Origin: an uncultured Actinomycetota bacterium
Lineage (GTDB): Bacteria > Actinomycetota > Actinomycetes > JACCUZ01
Direction: 5' to 3'
NCBI GenBank assembly: GCA_963784645.1
Contig: CAWARY010000020.1
Span: 86,899-150,898, forward strand
DNA: 64,000 bases
Shown here: in pieces, positions 63,486 through 64,000 of the stretch
Numbering within the stretch: position 1 is the first letter of the stretch
How the letters are laid out: each line of letters opens with the position of its first letter
The notes under the pieces: model-generated
What the model was told of the DNA's origin: nothing
The model's input: the letters and a program-made list of their open reading frames with translations, nothing else
Database searches by the model: none
Position numbers and translations under genes: made by a program

Positions 63486-64000
63486 TCAGTCGAGGTAGTC
63501 GCGAAGGACCTGCGAGCGTGACGGGTGACGGAGCTTCGACATGGTCTTCGACTCGATCTGGCGGATCCGCTCGCGGGTGACGCCGTAGACCTTGCCGATC
63601 TCGTCGAGCGTCTTGGGCTGCCCGTCGGTCAGGCCGAAGCGCATCGACACGACACCGGCCTCGCGCTCGGAGAGGGTGTCCAAGACCGAGTGCAGCTGCT
63701 CCTGGAGCAGCGTGAAGGACACGGCGTCGGCCGGGACCACGGCCTCGGAGTCCTCGATGAGGTCGCCGAACTCGCTGTCGCCGTCCTCGCCGAGGGGCGT
63801 GTGCAGGGAGATCGGCTCACGGCCGTACTTCTGGACCTCGACGACCTTCTCCGGGGTCATGTCGAGCTCCTTGGCGAGCTCCTCCGGTGTGGGCTCGCGG
63901 CCCAGGTCCTGCAGCATCTGGCGCTGGACGCGGGCCAGCTTGTTGATGACCTCGACCATGTGCACCGGGATGCGAATGGTGCGGGCCTGGTCGGCCATGG
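63486..64000 (-). CDS. Principal (group 1/2) RNA polymerase sigma factor, 3' part only (regions 3-4); the start lies beyond the window end
   Basis: [13 protein letters not shown] (region 3.0), [15 protein letters not shown] and [41 protein letters not shown] (region 4.2, with the C-terminal signature of SigA/HrdB-type sigmas) are present. Confidence 0.85.
   Translation of the reverse strand, partial: MADQARTIRIPVHMVEVINKLARVQRQMLQDLGREPTPEELAKELDMTPEKVVEVQKYGREPISLHTPLGEDGDSEFGDLIEDSEAVVPADAVSFTLLQEQLHSVLDTLSEREAGVVSMRFGLTDGQPKTLDEIGKVYGVTRERIRQIESKTMSKLRHPSRSQVLRDYLD

Overview
This is a 64 kb, very high-GC (about 70-73% by eye) segment of an Actinomycetota chromosome. It is densely coded with core and housekeeping genes on both strands. 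There are no rRNA or tRNA genes, CRISPR arrays, IS elements or prophage genes. The genes fall into a few recognisable blocks.

- **Carboxylate-sensing block (1-6.0 kb).** A partial tctC-like tricarboxylate-binding lipoprotein is divergent from a CitA/DcuS-type sensor kinase and CitB/DcuR-type response regulator. Downstream are a cupin, a class-V aminotransferase or cysteine desulfurase-like gene and a SIMPL protein.
- **Housekeeping and xylose genes (6-20.5 kb).** dxs is followed by a complete single-strand xylose locus: xylF-like binding protein, single-NBD ATPase, permease, ROK regulator, xylA and xylB. acnA (aconitase) follows.
- **Conserved actinobacterial neighbourhood (20.5-37.2 kb).** This block contains a RumA-type RNA methyltransferase, an APC permease, a trkA pair (ceoB/ceoC-like), DUF3159, an OB-fold protein, DUF3710, dut, DUF885, DUF3093, DUF4193, an inositol monophosphatase, hemH and an MFS transporter. 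It resembles the mycobacterial dut-ceoBC-suhB region.
- **Mixed metabolism and topoisomerase genes (37.4-64 kb).** Genes here include sepH-like, a rhodanese, tdk, an AP-superfamily phosphodiesterase, a Pat-like GNAT/acyl-CoA synthetase fusion, a psuG/psuK/ybaK operon, an EamA transporter, an acyl-CoA synthetase and convergent parC- and parE-like type IIA topoisomerase subunits. These are followed by an App1-like phosphatase, a Zn alcohol dehydrogenase and the 3' part of a principal sigma factor (sigA/hrdB-like).

The six-frame track is full of long antisense and out-of-frame ORFs caused by the GC bias. Gene calls were therefore made from protein-like composition, domain recognition and start-codon/RBS context. 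All start coordinates are approximate, to within a few codons.

The most interesting sequence-level features are:
- a 24-bp tandem repeat (x3) that both encodes an RGD-containing tail on Tdk and overlaps the start of the downstream rhodanese;
- a 450-bp repeat-rich intergenic region between the xylose transporter promoter and the end of acnA;
- several long, perfect inverted repeats near acnA, eamA, parC and sepH;
- a low-coding-density island at 59.7-61.6 kb with small orphan ORFs;
- an RsbW-like ATPase gene coupled to an unknown partner.
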